A stretch of DNA of 64,000 bases, from positions 5,257 through 69,256 of the forward strand of contig CALCZU010000030.1 in NCBI GenBank assembly GCA_937903155.1, read 5' to 3'. The notes under the pieces were generated by a model. That model saw only the letters and a list, made by a program, of their open reading frames with translations, was not told the DNA's origin and searched no databases. This document shows, piece by piece, positions 1-8,207 of this stretch. Position 1 is the first letter of the stretch, and each line of letters opens with the position of its first letter. Both the position numbers and the translations under genes were made by a program. Source of the stretch: an uncultured Bdellovibrionales bacterium (GTDB taxonomy: Bacteria > Bdellovibrionota > FAC87 > UBA2466).

Positions 1-543
1 GCAGCGACAAAGTTGGAAGCGCAGCCTCTAGAACTCGATAAGGTAAAAATCGCTATGGCGTTTGGAACTGAGTACCAGACGAGTCTTGCAGCCCTGCAGA
101 AAACAGTCCCAAAGTTAGATCTTAATTTATTAAAGCGGTTCTTAGACAGTTTAAGCGCTTCACGTTCAACGGAAGAAGCCGAGAAAATGATAGAAGAAAG
201 AAAAAGTTCTAAGCAAAGTTCAATCCCTTTGGGCGGAAGCGCTGATTCTGGCTTTTTTGTTGAGGGAAAAAGGGCCGATGTAGGAGCAATCGTCGCAGGT
301 TTCTTAGTCGATGCGACGATGCGAACCGCCAGCCGGCAAAAGTTCAACGACCAAGAATCGGAGAGAGAAGCAAGAGACTTGCGCGCCCAACAATTGGCGG
401 AGCACCAGTTACGACAACAAGCCGCCGCTCTCCTCAATGGAGCAGCAGTCCCGCCCACAATTCCCCCAGACGCTGACTGCCTGAACGCCATGACAAATCT
501 AGGAAAACACAAAAAAATTGCCACCCTCTTCAACCCCCGATAG
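1..543 (+). CDS. Hypothetical protein, C-terminal fragment (ORF open to the window edge)
   Basis: Frame 1 is open from nt 1 to TAG at 541-543. Ala/Gln-rich tail, no recognisable motif. Confidence 0.4.
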   Translation, partial: AATKLEAQPLELDKVKIAMAFGTEYQTSLAALQKTVPKLDLNLLKRFLDSLSASRSTEEAEKMIEERKSSKQSSIPLGGSADSGFFVEGKRADVGAIVAGFLVDATMRTASRQKFNDQESEREARDLRAQQLAEHQLRQQAAALLNGAAVPPTIPPDADCLNAMTNLGKHKKIATLFNPR

Positions 544-734
544 GGGGGGGAGGCCAGCCAACTCCAGCGAAGCGCTCAAGGTTGCGAATCTTGGTCTAGG
601 TGTCTAACAAATATCAATTTTTTTGGGGGGCTTCGAGGCTGCTTAGGCGTGGCATGGGGATTGCTCAATACGCGTGTCGAGAAAGAGCCATGGGGTTCTG
701 ACTCATTAAACATTTAGATAGGTAGGATATCATT

Positions 735-1013
735 TTGAAAAACGTGATTAAGTTGTCGTTGTTTTTAGGTTTATTTTTATTAGCTCCCGGAAAGGCGAAT
801 GCCTGCTCTCACGGATGCGGAATTGCGAGTCCGCTTGCAATCCGTAACGCACAAGCCGTCAACAGAGTCGGAATCGGTAGATTCCCACTTGTTCCGTTTG
901 CTGCTCCTATCCGCCGTTCTTTAGGTCTTCCAGGCTTTACACCTGTTCGCCAATTCCTATTCGGACGCGGTGCTATCCGACGTCAAAACCGTCGCGCCTT
1001 CTTGTTCGGTTGA
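735..1013 (+). CDS. Small exported, extremely cationic protein (no Asp/Glu in the mature part)
   Basis: TTG start. Signal peptide MKNVIKLSLFLGLFLLAPGKANA. Mature ~69 aa has 11 Arg, 0 Asp/Glu and a CSHGC pair. A hairpin plus T-run follows the stop. Confidence 0.55.
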   Translation: MKNVIKLSLFLGLFLLAPGKANACSHGCGIASPLAIRNAQAVNRVGIGRFPLVPFAAPIRRSLGLPGFTPVRQFLFGRGAIRRQNRRAFLFG

Positions 1014-1036
1014 TTGATAAGAATTGGTTTCGATTT

Positions 1037-1081
1037 GGGCCTCGTGATCTTTAGAGAGACATGAGGCCCTATTTTTTTTTC
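1037..1081 (+). terminator. Putative rho-independent terminator
   Basis: GGGCCTC (1037-1043) pairs with GAGGCCC (1063-1069), followed by TATTTTTTTTTT. The loop is rather long (19 nt). Confidence 0.5.
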
Positions 1082-1254
1082 CAGCCCGAGAGAATATCGC
1101 CGAGAGTTTGCGGGATATCGCGGCCCTTTTGTTCAATTTCTATTTTGAGTAGATTCCATTCCGATTCGATGCGATCCATTTTGCGCAAGAGTTGCTTGGC
1201 TTCGCGTTCAAGCTTTCGGATCTCTTTCAACTTTTCTCTGAGTTCAATATCCAC
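1069..1254 (-). CDS. Small coiled-coil protein (hypothetical)
   Basis: 61 aa, heptad-like charged sequence (LREKLKEIRKLEREAKQLLRKMDRIESEW), 20 nt downstream of the cytochrome gene on the same strand. Its KKK tail is encoded by the terminator T-run, which lowers confidence. Confidence 0.4.
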   Translation of the reverse strand: MDIELREKLKEIRKLEREAKQLLRKMDRIESEWNLLKIEIEQKGRDIPQTLGDILSGWKKK

Positions 1255-1274
1255 GCAAGAAAAAATCGCATTTT

Positions 1275-2288
1275 TTAAGGCGTCTGTCTAGTCAGCGTCG
1301 TAATCCACTGACGGACAAGCATCACTGCAGCCGAATCGATAAGCTTTGCTCCGATGGCCGGCATATGCCCCGTCCCCAAATTTTGCATTTGGTAAGGAAT
1401 GGAACTGAGTTCGGGATTGCCCGGCACGATTCTGAAAGATTGTAGCATCCCCGGAATTGTAAAGACTTGATTGATGCGATTCACGGTCGTCACAAACGTG
1501 GGAGTTCCCTTTTCCGAAGCGGCTCCCAGATCGTAATGCATATTTAAATTCACAGGAATGGCGCTCCCTCGGGGGTTGTGACAACTGGCACAGTTCGAGT
1601 GAAAATAGCCCAAAACTGTTCTCCCTTGAGGCGTGCTTGCTCTAATTTTGGGGGAGCCTTCTTCAAATTCTTTTGCCACGTTTGTTAGAATTTTTTCTGA
1701 AATCAGTTTGGTTAAAGTCCAACCGTCTTTGGGTAACGATTCTGAATGAAGCGCTCCTGGGTCTCGGTCGTCAGAAAGTTGAATCGCATCGAAACCAAGC
1801 ACCGGGTCACTATTCTTTCGGTGACAGCGTAGACACTCCGTGACCGAAGGGATGTCATGCTTCATTTCATTTGAGACAGGATAATAATCTTTGACTCCGT
1901 CTTCAGGCGCGAGTGTCGCTTCGGTCTCGGCTCCATTCCAAAGATAAGTTGCAAATTCCCATTCGTCCTCCGTAGTTTTTTCCATCAATCGGGTCTCAAC
2001 CCTTTTTGAACCAAACGAAAATTCTTTCCAAATTTTTGTTCCGACGGGAAATTGCCATTGATTGGGATCGTCTGAATTGATTTTTTGTTCGACGGGTAAA
2101 AAAATCCAACGTTTTTTCAAGGCGCCATCCGTCCACAACGGATATTGCGGAGAAAAAGCTCGGTTCTTCGAATCCACGTTCTTCGATGGCAAATCCAAAT
2201 AGAGGTCGGTCTCGGAAAGTTTTGTTTTCGGTGACGCATGTGCAAATTGAGTAAGAAAAAAAAGCGCCGCAAAAAGGATCTTCGTCAT
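1275..2288 (-). CDS. Exported putative di-haem c-type cytochrome
   Basis: Signal peptide MTKILFAALFFLTQFAHA. Two CxxCH haem-binding motifs (CLRCH, CASCH). Confidence 0.7.
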   Translation of the reverse strand: MTKILFAALFFLTQFAHASPKTKLSETDLYLDLPSKNVDSKNRAFSPQYPLWTDGALKKRWIFLPVEQKINSDDPNQWQFPVGTKIWKEFSFGSKRVETRLMEKTTEDEWEFATYLWNGAETEATLAPEDGVKDYYPVSNEMKHDIPSVTECLRCHRKNSDPVLGFDAIQLSDDRDPGALHSESLPKDGWTLTKLISEKILTNVAKEFEEGSPKIRASTPQGRTVLGYFHSNCASCHNPRGSAIPVNLNMHYDLGAASEKGTPTFVTTVNRINQVFTIPGMLQSFRIVPGNPELSSIPYQMQNLGTGHMPAIGAKLIDSAAVMLVRQWITTLTRQTP

Positions 2289-2353
2289 TGATCAAAATTT
2301 TATCACAGGCGAATAGTTGTAACAGCAGCTAACTCAAGTTACCGTATACAGAA

Positions 2354-3232
2354 ATGTTCAAACGAATTCTAATTTTTTTAATGTGTGCAAACACTTTATG
2401 GGCGGCAAACGAAACAAAGCTAAAACAACAAACACGGATTTTTTATCTTCCTAAAAATCCCAACTACGTCCGAAAGTTTCTTTTACCTCCGCTCTTTTCT
2501 CTCTTGTTTCCGGGTTCCGATCAGTTTTGGGAAAAACAATGGGTTCCGGCGACCACTTACCTGGCCGGAGCGCTCGCGGGGACGGGGCTCATCGTCGCGA
2601 GTCGCGGAACCGGGGATAATCGCTATCGCAATTTCGGATTTGATGTCTATTTGACGGCGGGCGGCTTAAGCGCCTATCACGCTTTTCGGACGGCAGTTGT
2701 TTCGAGAAAAACTCAAGGTGAGTTTACGTACGTTACAGAGGATGAGCATCCATCGACGCTGCTATTTGCTCCCTTCGATTACCACCATCTCCAGGAATAC
2801 ACGACGTGGGCGCCCCTTGCGGCGGGCCTTCTGATTTTCAGTTTTTTAGGCGAGCATAAGCAGGGAGGAAGTGCGACCTTGAATGACCTCTTTTATTCAG
2901 GGACGGTTTCGTACATGAACGCTGTCGGAGAAGAAGCGATTTTTCGCGGTTGGGTGCTTCCCATGATGAAACATTACGTGGGACAGGACTCGTGGGCGAT
3001 CGGAATCACGGCCGGCCTCTCAAGTATCTACCATGGCGCTCGATTGAAACACTGGGTGAGCTCGCTAGCTTTGGGAGCCTATTTGGGGTGGCTTGCCCAA
3101 CGAAATAACTATGCGATAGCGCAGGGCATCTTTATTCATACATGGTGGGATTTAATCGCTTTTTTCAGTGACTATGCGTATAACCGCGACCAGGCATTCC
3201 TCAGCCTGCCGCCTGTCGTTATTAACTTCTGA
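2354..3232 (+). CDS. CPBP (CAAX/Abi) family intramembrane glutamic endopeptidase
   Basis: Polytopic membrane protein with the three CPBP motifs: EEAIFRG (EExxxR), SIYHG (FxxxH-like), IHTWWD (HxxxD). Confidence 0.7.
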   Translation: MFKRILIFLMCANTLWAANETKLKQQTRIFYLPKNPNYVRKFLLPPLFSLLFPGSDQFWEKQWVPATTYLAGALAGTGLIVASRGTGDNRYRNFGFDVYLTAGGLSAYHAFRTAVVSRKTQGEFTYVTEDEHPSTLLFAPFDYHHLQEYTTWAPLAAGLLIFSFLGEHKQGGSATLNDLFYSGTVSYMNAVGEEAIFRGWVLPMMKHYVGQDSWAIGITAGLSSIYHGARLKHWVSSLALGAYLGWLAQRNNYAIAQGIFIHTWWDLIAFFSDYAYNRDQAFLSLPPVVINF

Positions 3233-3258
3233 CCGGTTTTGCGGTATCGTATGTGCTT

Positions 3259-3972
3259 ATGCAATGTGTAATCCTTGCGGGTGGGCTCGCTACCCGAATG
3301 CGTCCGATCACTGAAACAATCCCAAAACTTTTAATTCCTGTTGAAGGTCAGCCATTTGCTTACCACCAATTGCAGTGGCTTAAAAAACGCGGAGTCACTG
3401 AAGTGCTCCTTTCGATAGGTTATCTAGGTGACATGATCCGCGAATACATTAAGGAAGGTCAGAATTTCGGCCTTAAAGTCGATTATGTCGATGAAGGAAA
3501 AAATCTTCGGGGCACCGCCGGCGCTTTAAGACTGGCATTAGACGAAGGAAAACTGAGAGAAAACTTTTTAGTGACTTATGGCGACTCGTTTCTCCCGATC
3601 GATTATCAAGATGTCTATTCCCGTTTTTTGATGAGCCAAAAATCCGCTTTAATGACCGTATTTCAAAATTTCGGTCAGTGGGACGCAAGCAACGTTTGGT
3701 TTGAACGAAACCAAGTTCAGCTCTACGACAAATTCAAAAAGCATCCTGAGTTTTCGGCGAATCTTCAGTACATCGATTACGGCCTTTCCGCCTTTAAATC
3801 CGAGACAATTGAGGAACGGGTACCGCCCAACGTGACGGCAGATCTTGCCACCCTCTTCTACAATCTAAGTCGCGAAGGCGAGCTAGAAGGATACCTTGTC
3901 AAAGATCGCTTCTACGAAATCGGATCCCCCGAAGGCTTAAGAGATTTCACACAGTACATATGTAACGCGTAG
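3259..3972 (+). CDS. Sugar-1-phosphate nucleotidyltransferase (HddC/heptose-1-P guanylyltransferase-like)
   Basis: N-terminal MQCVILAGGLATRMRPITETIPKLLIPV (G-x-G-T-R signature). ATG at 3259 lies inside the GTG-3253 ORF. Neighbours are SIS isomerase and transaldolase genes. Confidence 0.8.
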   Translation: MQCVILAGGLATRMRPITETIPKLLIPVEGQPFAYHQLQWLKKRGVTEVLLSIGYLGDMIREYIKEGQNFGLKVDYVDEGKNLRGTAGALRLALDEGKLRENFLVTYGDSFLPIDYQDVYSRFLMSQKSALMTVFQNFGQWDASNVWFERNQVQLYDKFKKHPEFSANLQYIDYGLSAFKSETIEERVPPNVTADLATLFYNLSREGELEGYLVKDRFYEIGSPEGLRDFTQYICNA

Positions 3973-4064
3973 TGTTATAAGCTGAAATTCCTTACGCTTC
4001 TGCCTTTTCTTTCTTTCTCTGTTCCTCTAAAGTGCCCCCTGAACCCATAAAGGAAGGATCGCAC

Positions 4065-4784
4065 ATGAAATCACCTTACCAAGGCAAGATCAAAATTTAT
4101 TCCGACGGAGCCGATCGCACATCGATGCTCGAGATGGCAAAGAATCCGCTCGTACAAGGTTTAACGACTAATCCTACCCTGATGAAAAAAGCGGGGATTA
4201 AGGATTACCGAAGTTTTTGCAAAGATATTTTAAAAGAAATTACGGACAAACCCATTTCTTTTGAAGTATTCGCCGATGATTTTAAAGAAATGAAAAGACA
4301 AGGTCTTGAAATCGCTGGTTGGGGAAAAAACGTTTATGTAAAAATCCCGATTACCAATAGCGAAGGGGAATCTTCCATTCCTCTTGTCAAAGAACTTTCG
4401 CACGAAGGCGTGAAGTTAAATGTGACCGCTCTTCTCACTCTAAAACAGACATGGGAAACTTGCTTAGCTCTAAAAGGCGGCGCTCCTTCGATTGTCTCGG
4501 TGTTTGCTGGAAGAATCGCCGATACCGGTGTCGATCCAATGCCTTTGATGTACGCTGCTGCCGATATGTGTGCATCTACCGATAAAAATATCGAGTTATT
4601 GTGGGCAAGCTCCAGAGAGCTTTTCAATATTATTCAAGCGGAACAAACCGGCTGCCAAATCATTACGGCAACGCCCGACATTCTTAAAAAGATGTCTATG
4701 TTGAATAAAGATCTCACAACTCTCAGTCTTGAAACGGTTCGCATGTTCCGAAGTGACGCAGAATCTGCAGGTTTCACGCTATGA
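4065..4784 (+). CDS. Transaldolase / fructose-6-phosphate aldolase-type (TalC/Fsa class)
   Basis: KIYSDGAD...GLTTNPTLMKK motif, short (~239 aa) class. AAGGAAGGA Shine-Dalgarno at 4050-4058, ahead of ATG 4065. Confidence 0.8.
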   Translation: MKSPYQGKIKIYSDGADRTSMLEMAKNPLVQGLTTNPTLMKKAGIKDYRSFCKDILKEITDKPISFEVFADDFKEMKRQGLEIAGWGKNVYVKIPITNSEGESSIPLVKELSHEGVKLNVTALLTLKQTWETCLALKGGAPSIVSVFAGRIADTGVDPMPLMYAAADMCASTDKNIELLWASSRELFNIIQAEQTGCQIITATPDILKKMSMLNKDLTTLSLETVRMFRSDAESAGFTL

Positions 4785-5380
4785 AAACTTTTACCGAAAC
4801 GTTTTTAGAAGAGAGTATTTCTTTAATCAAAGATCTCGACGTCTCCTCTATCGAAAACATGGCGAAGGGACTTGGCGCTTGCCGCGATAAAGGGGGCCGC
4901 CTCTTCATCCTCGGTGTTGGCGGTTCTGCCGGTCATGCAAGTCACGCGGTCAATGATTTTAGAAAAATCTGTGGTTTTGAAGCGTACACACCGACGGATA
5001 ACGTCTCTGAACTCACCGCTCGTGTGAACGATGAAGGATGGGATACCAGTTTTTCGGAATGGCTTAAAGTTTCCAGAATTAACGGTAAAGATGCGGTTCT
5101 CGTTTTCTCCGTCGGTGGCGGAAATAAAGAAAAAAACGTGAGCGTCAATCTTGTGAGAGCCTTAGAAGTCGCTAAAGAAGCGGGCTCAGAAATCTACGGA
5201 ATTGTCGGTAAAGACGGTGGTTACACAAAAACCGTTGCAAAAGCTTGCACCGTGATTCCAACCGTTTCAAACGACCGCATTACGCCTCATACCGAAGGGT
5301 TTTGTGCTGTGGTTTGGCATCTGCTTGTGAGTCATCCCGCGCTGAAAGTGAAAATTACGAAGTGGGAGTCTGTGAGATAG
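4781..5380 (+). CDS. SIS-domain sugar-phosphate isomerase (phosphoheptose isomerase-like)
   Basis: RLFILGVGGSAGHASHAVNDF SIS signature. ATGA overlap with the transaldolase stop suggests translational coupling. Confidence 0.75.
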   Translation: MKTFTETFLEESISLIKDLDVSSIENMAKGLGACRDKGGRLFILGVGGSAGHASHAVNDFRKICGFEAYTPTDNVSELTARVNDEGWDTSFSEWLKVSRINGKDAVLVFSVGGGNKEKNVSVNLVRALEVAKEAGSEIYGIVGKDGGYTKTVAKACTVIPTVSNDRITPHTEGFCAVVWHLLVSHPALKVKITKWESVR

Positions 5381-5386
5381 AAGTAA

Positions 5387-6118
5387 ATGAAGCTGTCGAT
5401 CATTCTTCCTGTTTTTAACGAATCTGCCCACGTCGGGATTCTTTTGCATCGAGTGCTCGAACAACCCATTCTAGGTCTTGAAAAAGAAATGGTGATTGTC
5501 GAAAGCAATTCGCAAGATGGCTCCCGCGAAATTGTGATGGCGTTTGCGGATCGATTTCCGGAACAAGTGAAATTGATTTTGCAAAAAGAAGCGCTCGGTA
5601 AAGGGCACGCGGTCCGTCAGGGACTTCAGGCCGCGACGGGTGACATCATCTTGATTCAAGATGGCGATCTAGAATACGATGTCAAAGACTATCCCTCTCT
5701 CTTGCAACCGATTTTAGACGGCAAGGCCCAATTTGTACTCGGAAGCCGGCATCTGTCTGCTGGGAGTTGGAAAATTCGAAAATTCAAAGAAAGTCGATTT
5801 GCTTCTTCGGTTTTGAATTTAGGCGGAAAACTTTTTCATGGAATGTTTAACCTGATTTATCGAACGAGCTTGACCGACCCCACAACGATGTACAAAGTCT
5901 TTAAGAAATCGTGCATTCAAAATCTGACTTTCGATTCAAATCGTTTTGACTTTGATTTTGAGTTGGTTGCAAAGCTAATTCGAAGTGGATTTATTCCGTT
6001 AGAAGTTCCGATTTCGTATGTCTCACGAGGGTTTGAAGAAGGAAAAAAAATCCATGTCTTTAGAGATCCTTTTACCTGGGTGTGGGCCATTTTAAAATTC
6101 AGATTTTGTAGGGTGTAA
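5387..6118 (+). CDS. Glycosyltransferase family 2
   Basis: MKLSIILPVFNES N-terminus and DGDLEYD (DxD-type) motif. Confidence 0.8.
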   Translation: MKLSIILPVFNESAHVGILLHRVLEQPILGLEKEMVIVESNSQDGSREIVMAFADRFPEQVKLILQKEALGKGHAVRQGLQAATGDIILIQDGDLEYDVKDYPSLLQPILDGKAQFVLGSRHLSAGSWKIRKFKESRFASSVLNLGGKLFHGMFNLIYRTSLTDPTTMYKVFKKSCIQNLTFDSNRFDFDFELVAKLIRSGFIPLEVPISYVSRGFEEGKKIHVFRDPFTWVWAILKFRFCRV

Positions 6119-6120
6119 TT

Positions 6121-7083
6121 ATGAAAAAAGCATTAGTGACCGGTGCCGCGGGTTTTATTGCAAGCCACTTGTGTGACCGTCTGGTTGAAGAGGGTTATCA
6201 AGTCACGGGCGTCGATAATTTATCGACAGGCCGAAAAGAATTTTTAAATAAGATTACGGGACACCCACACTTTAAATTAGTCGAAAGAGATATTACAGAC
6301 GCCAACGCGCTGAAAGATTTAATGGATGCGGATACCGAGCGTGTGTTTCACCTAGCTGCAAACGCCGATGTTCGGTTTGGTTTAAATCACCCTCGACGCG
6401 ATTTGGAGCAGAACCTGATTGCAACCTGGAATGTCGTTGAAGCGATGAGAGAAAAAGGAGTAAAGAGGATTGCGTTTAGCTCCACTGGAAGTGTTTACGG
6501 TGAAGCCCCTCAGATTCCTACGCCCGAAAATGGGCCTTTTCCGATTCAGACGTCGCTTTATGGAGCGGCAAAGGCGGGCGCCGAAGGTTTTCTCTCGGCC
6601 TATGCTGAAGGGTACGGGATGAAGGTGCATATCTTTCGTTTCGTATCGATCTTAGGAGAGCGTTACACTCACGGACACGTTTTTGATTTCATTAAAAAAT
6701 TAAAAGACGATCCCACAAAATTAAATATTTTGGGCGACGGAAAACAGAAAAAATCGTACTTGTACGTCGGTGATTGTATTAATGCGATTATCAAAGCCGT
6801 GAATTACGAAACTCCACGTCCGGTGGAAGTTTATAATTTAGGCACTGACGAATATACGACGGTTGATACCTCGGTTGCGACCATTAGCGAGATGTTAAAA
6901 GTTCGACCCGAAAAAATTTATAGCGGCGGCGAAAGAGGATGGATTGGAGACAATCCTTTTATTTTCCTAGACTGCACAAAGATTAAAAACACAGGCTGGC
7001 GCGCAGAAAAAACCATCAAAGAAGGCGTCCAACTGACAGTGCAATACCTCACCGAAAACCCATGGGTCTTTGACAGAGCATGA
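6121..7083 (+). CDS. NAD-dependent sugar epimerase/dehydratase (extended SDR)
   Basis: VTGAAGFIASHL Rossmann motif (GxxGxxG) and YGAAK (YxxxK) catalytic motif. Confidence 0.85.
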   Translation: MKKALVTGAAGFIASHLCDRLVEEGYQVTGVDNLSTGRKEFLNKITGHPHFKLVERDITDANALKDLMDADTERVFHLAANADVRFGLNHPRRDLEQNLIATWNVVEAMREKGVKRIAFSSTGSVYGEAPQIPTPENGPFPIQTSLYGAAKAGAEGFLSAYAEGYGMKVHIFRFVSILGERYTHGHVFDFIKKLKDDPTKLNILGDGKQKKSYLYVGDCINAIIKAVNYETPRPVEVYNLGTDEYTTVDTSVATISEMLKVRPEKIYSGGERGWIGDNPFIFLDCTKIKNTGWRAEKTIKEGVQLTVQYLTENPWVFDRA

Positions 7084-8081
7084 ATTTGAAAGTCGGCATT
7101 ATTGGAGCGGGACTGATTGGTGGTAAACGCGCGAAGGCACTTTTGCCGGGCGATAAGCTGACGTGGGTCTGCGATGTTTCGTTAGATAGAGCAAAAGCGC
7201 TTGCGGATTCTTATCAGGCGAAATCGACAACAGAACCGAAAGAACTTTTGGCGAGTTCGGACGTCGATGTCGTCATCGTTGCGACTTCGAATAAGTCGAT
7301 TCCCGAATTGTCGTTACTCGCTTTGAAGCATGGAAAGCACTTGCTGGTTGAAAAACCTGCTGGGAGAAACCCCATTGAATTGCGCGAAGTCCTCGCAGTA
7401 GAAAAACAATCAAAGAGTATTGTTCGCGTTGGTTTTAATCACCGATTTCATCCGGCCCTTTTAAAAGCCAAGAAAATGATCGACGAAGGAAAAGTCGGCG
7501 AATTGATGTACTTCAGAGCTCGATACGGACACGGCGGAAGACTCGGCTACGATAAAGAGTGGCGAGCGGTTCCCGAAATTGCTGGAGGCGGTGAGCTTTT
7601 AGATCAAGGCGTGCATCTGATTGATCTTTGCCGTTGGATGGGTGGAGAATTTGATCTGGAATGGGGAAGGGTAGAGACCTTTTTCTGGGACATGCCAGTT
7701 GAAGACAATGGATTTATGCTTTTAAAATCCCGCGAAAAAAAGACACGTGCGTTTCTTCATGCAAGTTGTACGGAATGGAAGAATCTTTTCGATTTTGAAA
7801 TTTTTGGTAAGACAGGCAAATTACAGATCTTTGGAATCGGCCGCAGTTATGGCGTCGAGGAACTCCGCTTTTATCAGATGAAACCGGAAATGGGTCCGCC
7901 TGAAATCACGATTGAAAAGTTTCCAGAAGAAGACCACTCGTGGAATGACGAATGGATTTCGATGCATCAAGAGATCGAGGGGACTCAAACAAATCTCGGA
8001 ACGATTGAAGATGCGCTCCGCTCGGTCGAAATTGTTCACGCGAGTTATAAAATGTCCGATTGTCCCTACACCAAAATCTAA
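7080..8081 (+). CDS. Gfo/Idh/MocA family oxidoreductase
   Basis: MNLKVGIIGAGLIGGKR Rossmann N-terminus, LVEKP motif. ATGA overlap with the upstream epimerase. Confidence 0.8.
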   Translation: MNLKVGIIGAGLIGGKRAKALLPGDKLTWVCDVSLDRAKALADSYQAKSTTEPKELLASSDVDVVIVATSNKSIPELSLLALKHGKHLLVEKPAGRNPIELREVLAVEKQSKSIVRVGFNHRFHPALLKAKKMIDEGKVGELMYFRARYGHGGRLGYDKEWRAVPEIAGGGELLDQGVHLIDLCRWMGGEFDLEWGRVETFFWDMPVEDNGFMLLKSREKKTRAFLHASCTEWKNLFDFEIFGKTGKLQIFGIGRSYGVEELRFYQMKPEMGPPEITIEKFPEEDHSWNDEWISMHQEIEGTQTNLGTIEDALRSVEIVHASYKMSDCPYTKI

Positions 8082-8207
8082 AACCGAATCACGGTTTGAA
8101 TTGTATTCGTTTAGTTTTCACTATTTCAATTGTGATGCTTTAGTTAGGATTTGATTAGTTGTGTCAAAAACCTTCGTTTCATCCGCTCCAAATGTTAAAG
8201 TAAAGGG

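Noticed and set aside
541-632. G8 run at the stop of the first ORF and a T7G6 tract upstream of the cationic-peptide gene, as phase-variation tracts
   Set aside because: They are intergenic with no demonstrable promoter spacing role, and length variation cannot be judged from a single sequence.
1061-1291. 76-aa plus-strand ORF
   Set aside because: It begins inside the terminator hairpin and is Ser/Phe/Arg-rich. The antisense 61-aa coiled-coil ORF is the more protein-like reading, although that one is only moderately supported too.
8080-8096. Small hairpin AAACCG-AATCA-CGGTTT after the oxidoreductase gene, as a terminator
   Set aside because: It has only a 6-bp AT-rich stem and no clean U-tract, which is too weak to call.
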